Origin: a virus
Virus record (IMG/VR): IMGVR_UViG_3300045988_167643
Length of the DNA stretch: 64,000 bases
Direction: 5' to 3' (one strand)
How positions within the stretch are numbered: position 1 is the stretch's first letter; each line of letters opens with the position of its first letter. Below are positions 63,647-64,000 of this stretch, piece after piece. A model generated the notes under the pieces. It did not search any database, was not told where the DNA came from, and was given only the letters and a program-made list of their open reading frames with translations. The position numbers were made by a program, and so were the translations under genes.

Positions 63647-64000
63647 ATGGCAACTGATATGAAAGAAAAATTTGAAATCAAGAATTATGTTAAATTGATT
63701 TGCCTAAGACTTGATCATTATGAAAGTTTTATAGAAGATGAAGTGAATACAGACTGTATCTCAGATATTAATAATTTTATACTTAAACATAAAAATGAAG
63801 AGGGAGTTAAGATTTTAATATTTGAGATGAAAAATATGAGAATGACTACGATTTCTCAGGCGAGAGAGTATATACAACATCTACATGCATTCGATTACAT
63901 TCGTGGATTGATTGAATCCGGGCATGATCTTATTACTGCAGACCAAGTTGATAAAATGTCAATAGGTGAAATAATTACATATATGCTTGATTACAAAAAA
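63647..64000 (+). CDS. 5' part of a CDS running off the window
   Basis: ATG 63647 follows AAGGATGG, and 118 codons are open to the window end. Confidence 0.55.
   Translation, partial: MATDMKEKFEIKNYVKLICLRLDHYESFIEDEVNTDCISDINNFILKHKNEEGVKILIFEMKNMRMTTISQAREYIQHLHAFDYIRGLIESGHDLITADQVDKMSIGEIITYMLDYKK

Overview
The window is visibly AT-rich and looks like part of a large tailed-phage genome of Firmicutes/Clostridia type. Supporting signs are AGGAGG-type RBSs, frequent TTG/GTG starts, ATGA/TAATG translational coupling, and an NlpC/P60 + PG_binding + SH3 lysin. Almost every gene is on the + strand.

Layout:
- 0-6.5 kb: small early-type ORFs with no recognisable family.
- 6.55-15.2 kb: a tightly coupled nine-gene operon. 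It encodes a 682-aa protein with a TerD/YfaP-like beta-sandwich, a pol-beta nucleotidyltransferase, a P2-type (Ca2+-like) P-type ATPase, three tandem TerD paralogs, a membrane-anchored PspA/IM30-like protein and two micro membrane ORFs.
- 15.2-17 kb: a structured spacer, a 136-nt tRNA-shaped RNA and a CCA-adding enzyme.
- 17-24.8 kb: two metallophosphoesterases, an SPFH protein with a small membrane partner, a bacterial-type PARG macrodomain and an AAA+ ATPase.
- 24.8-28.95 kb: a roughly 4-kb RNA island. It holds three canonical tRNAs (Gln-UUG, Met-CAU, Leu-UAG), four aberrant tRNA-like elements, an AAAGTT iteron-like array and only one convincing protein ORF.
- 29-55 kb: replication and nucleotide-metabolism module. 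Contents are an SSB-like protein, a Sak4-like ATPase, a DnaB-like helicase, primase, a RecJ-like DHH protein, DnaE-type Pol III alpha, a RecD-like helicase, ATP ligase, a deoxyribosyltransferase, dUTPase, ThyA-like and a DHFR-DUF3310 fusion. It also holds a class II RNR (nrdJ) split by a 1121-nt group I intron that carries a GIY-YIG homing endonuclease.
- 55.1-61.8 kb: a Tn7-like transposition module (short TnsA-like, TnsB, TnsC/TniB, short TniQ). Upstream of it are a consensus promoter, a ~160-nt terminated leader/sRNA and arrays of a 13-bp CGTTTTTAGGAAA motif. Downstream is small cargo that includes a retropepsin-like pair.
- 61.9-63.5 kb: minus-strand lysis cassette.

No CRISPR array, cas gene or rRNA was seen.

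The strongest candidates for something new are the phage-borne Tn7-like element with its RNA/repeat architecture, the TerD/Ca-ATPase/PspA operon, and the aberrant tRNA-like RNAs linked to a phage CCA enzyme. All family assignments come from motifs read by eye and recalled family signatures. None has been checked against a database.
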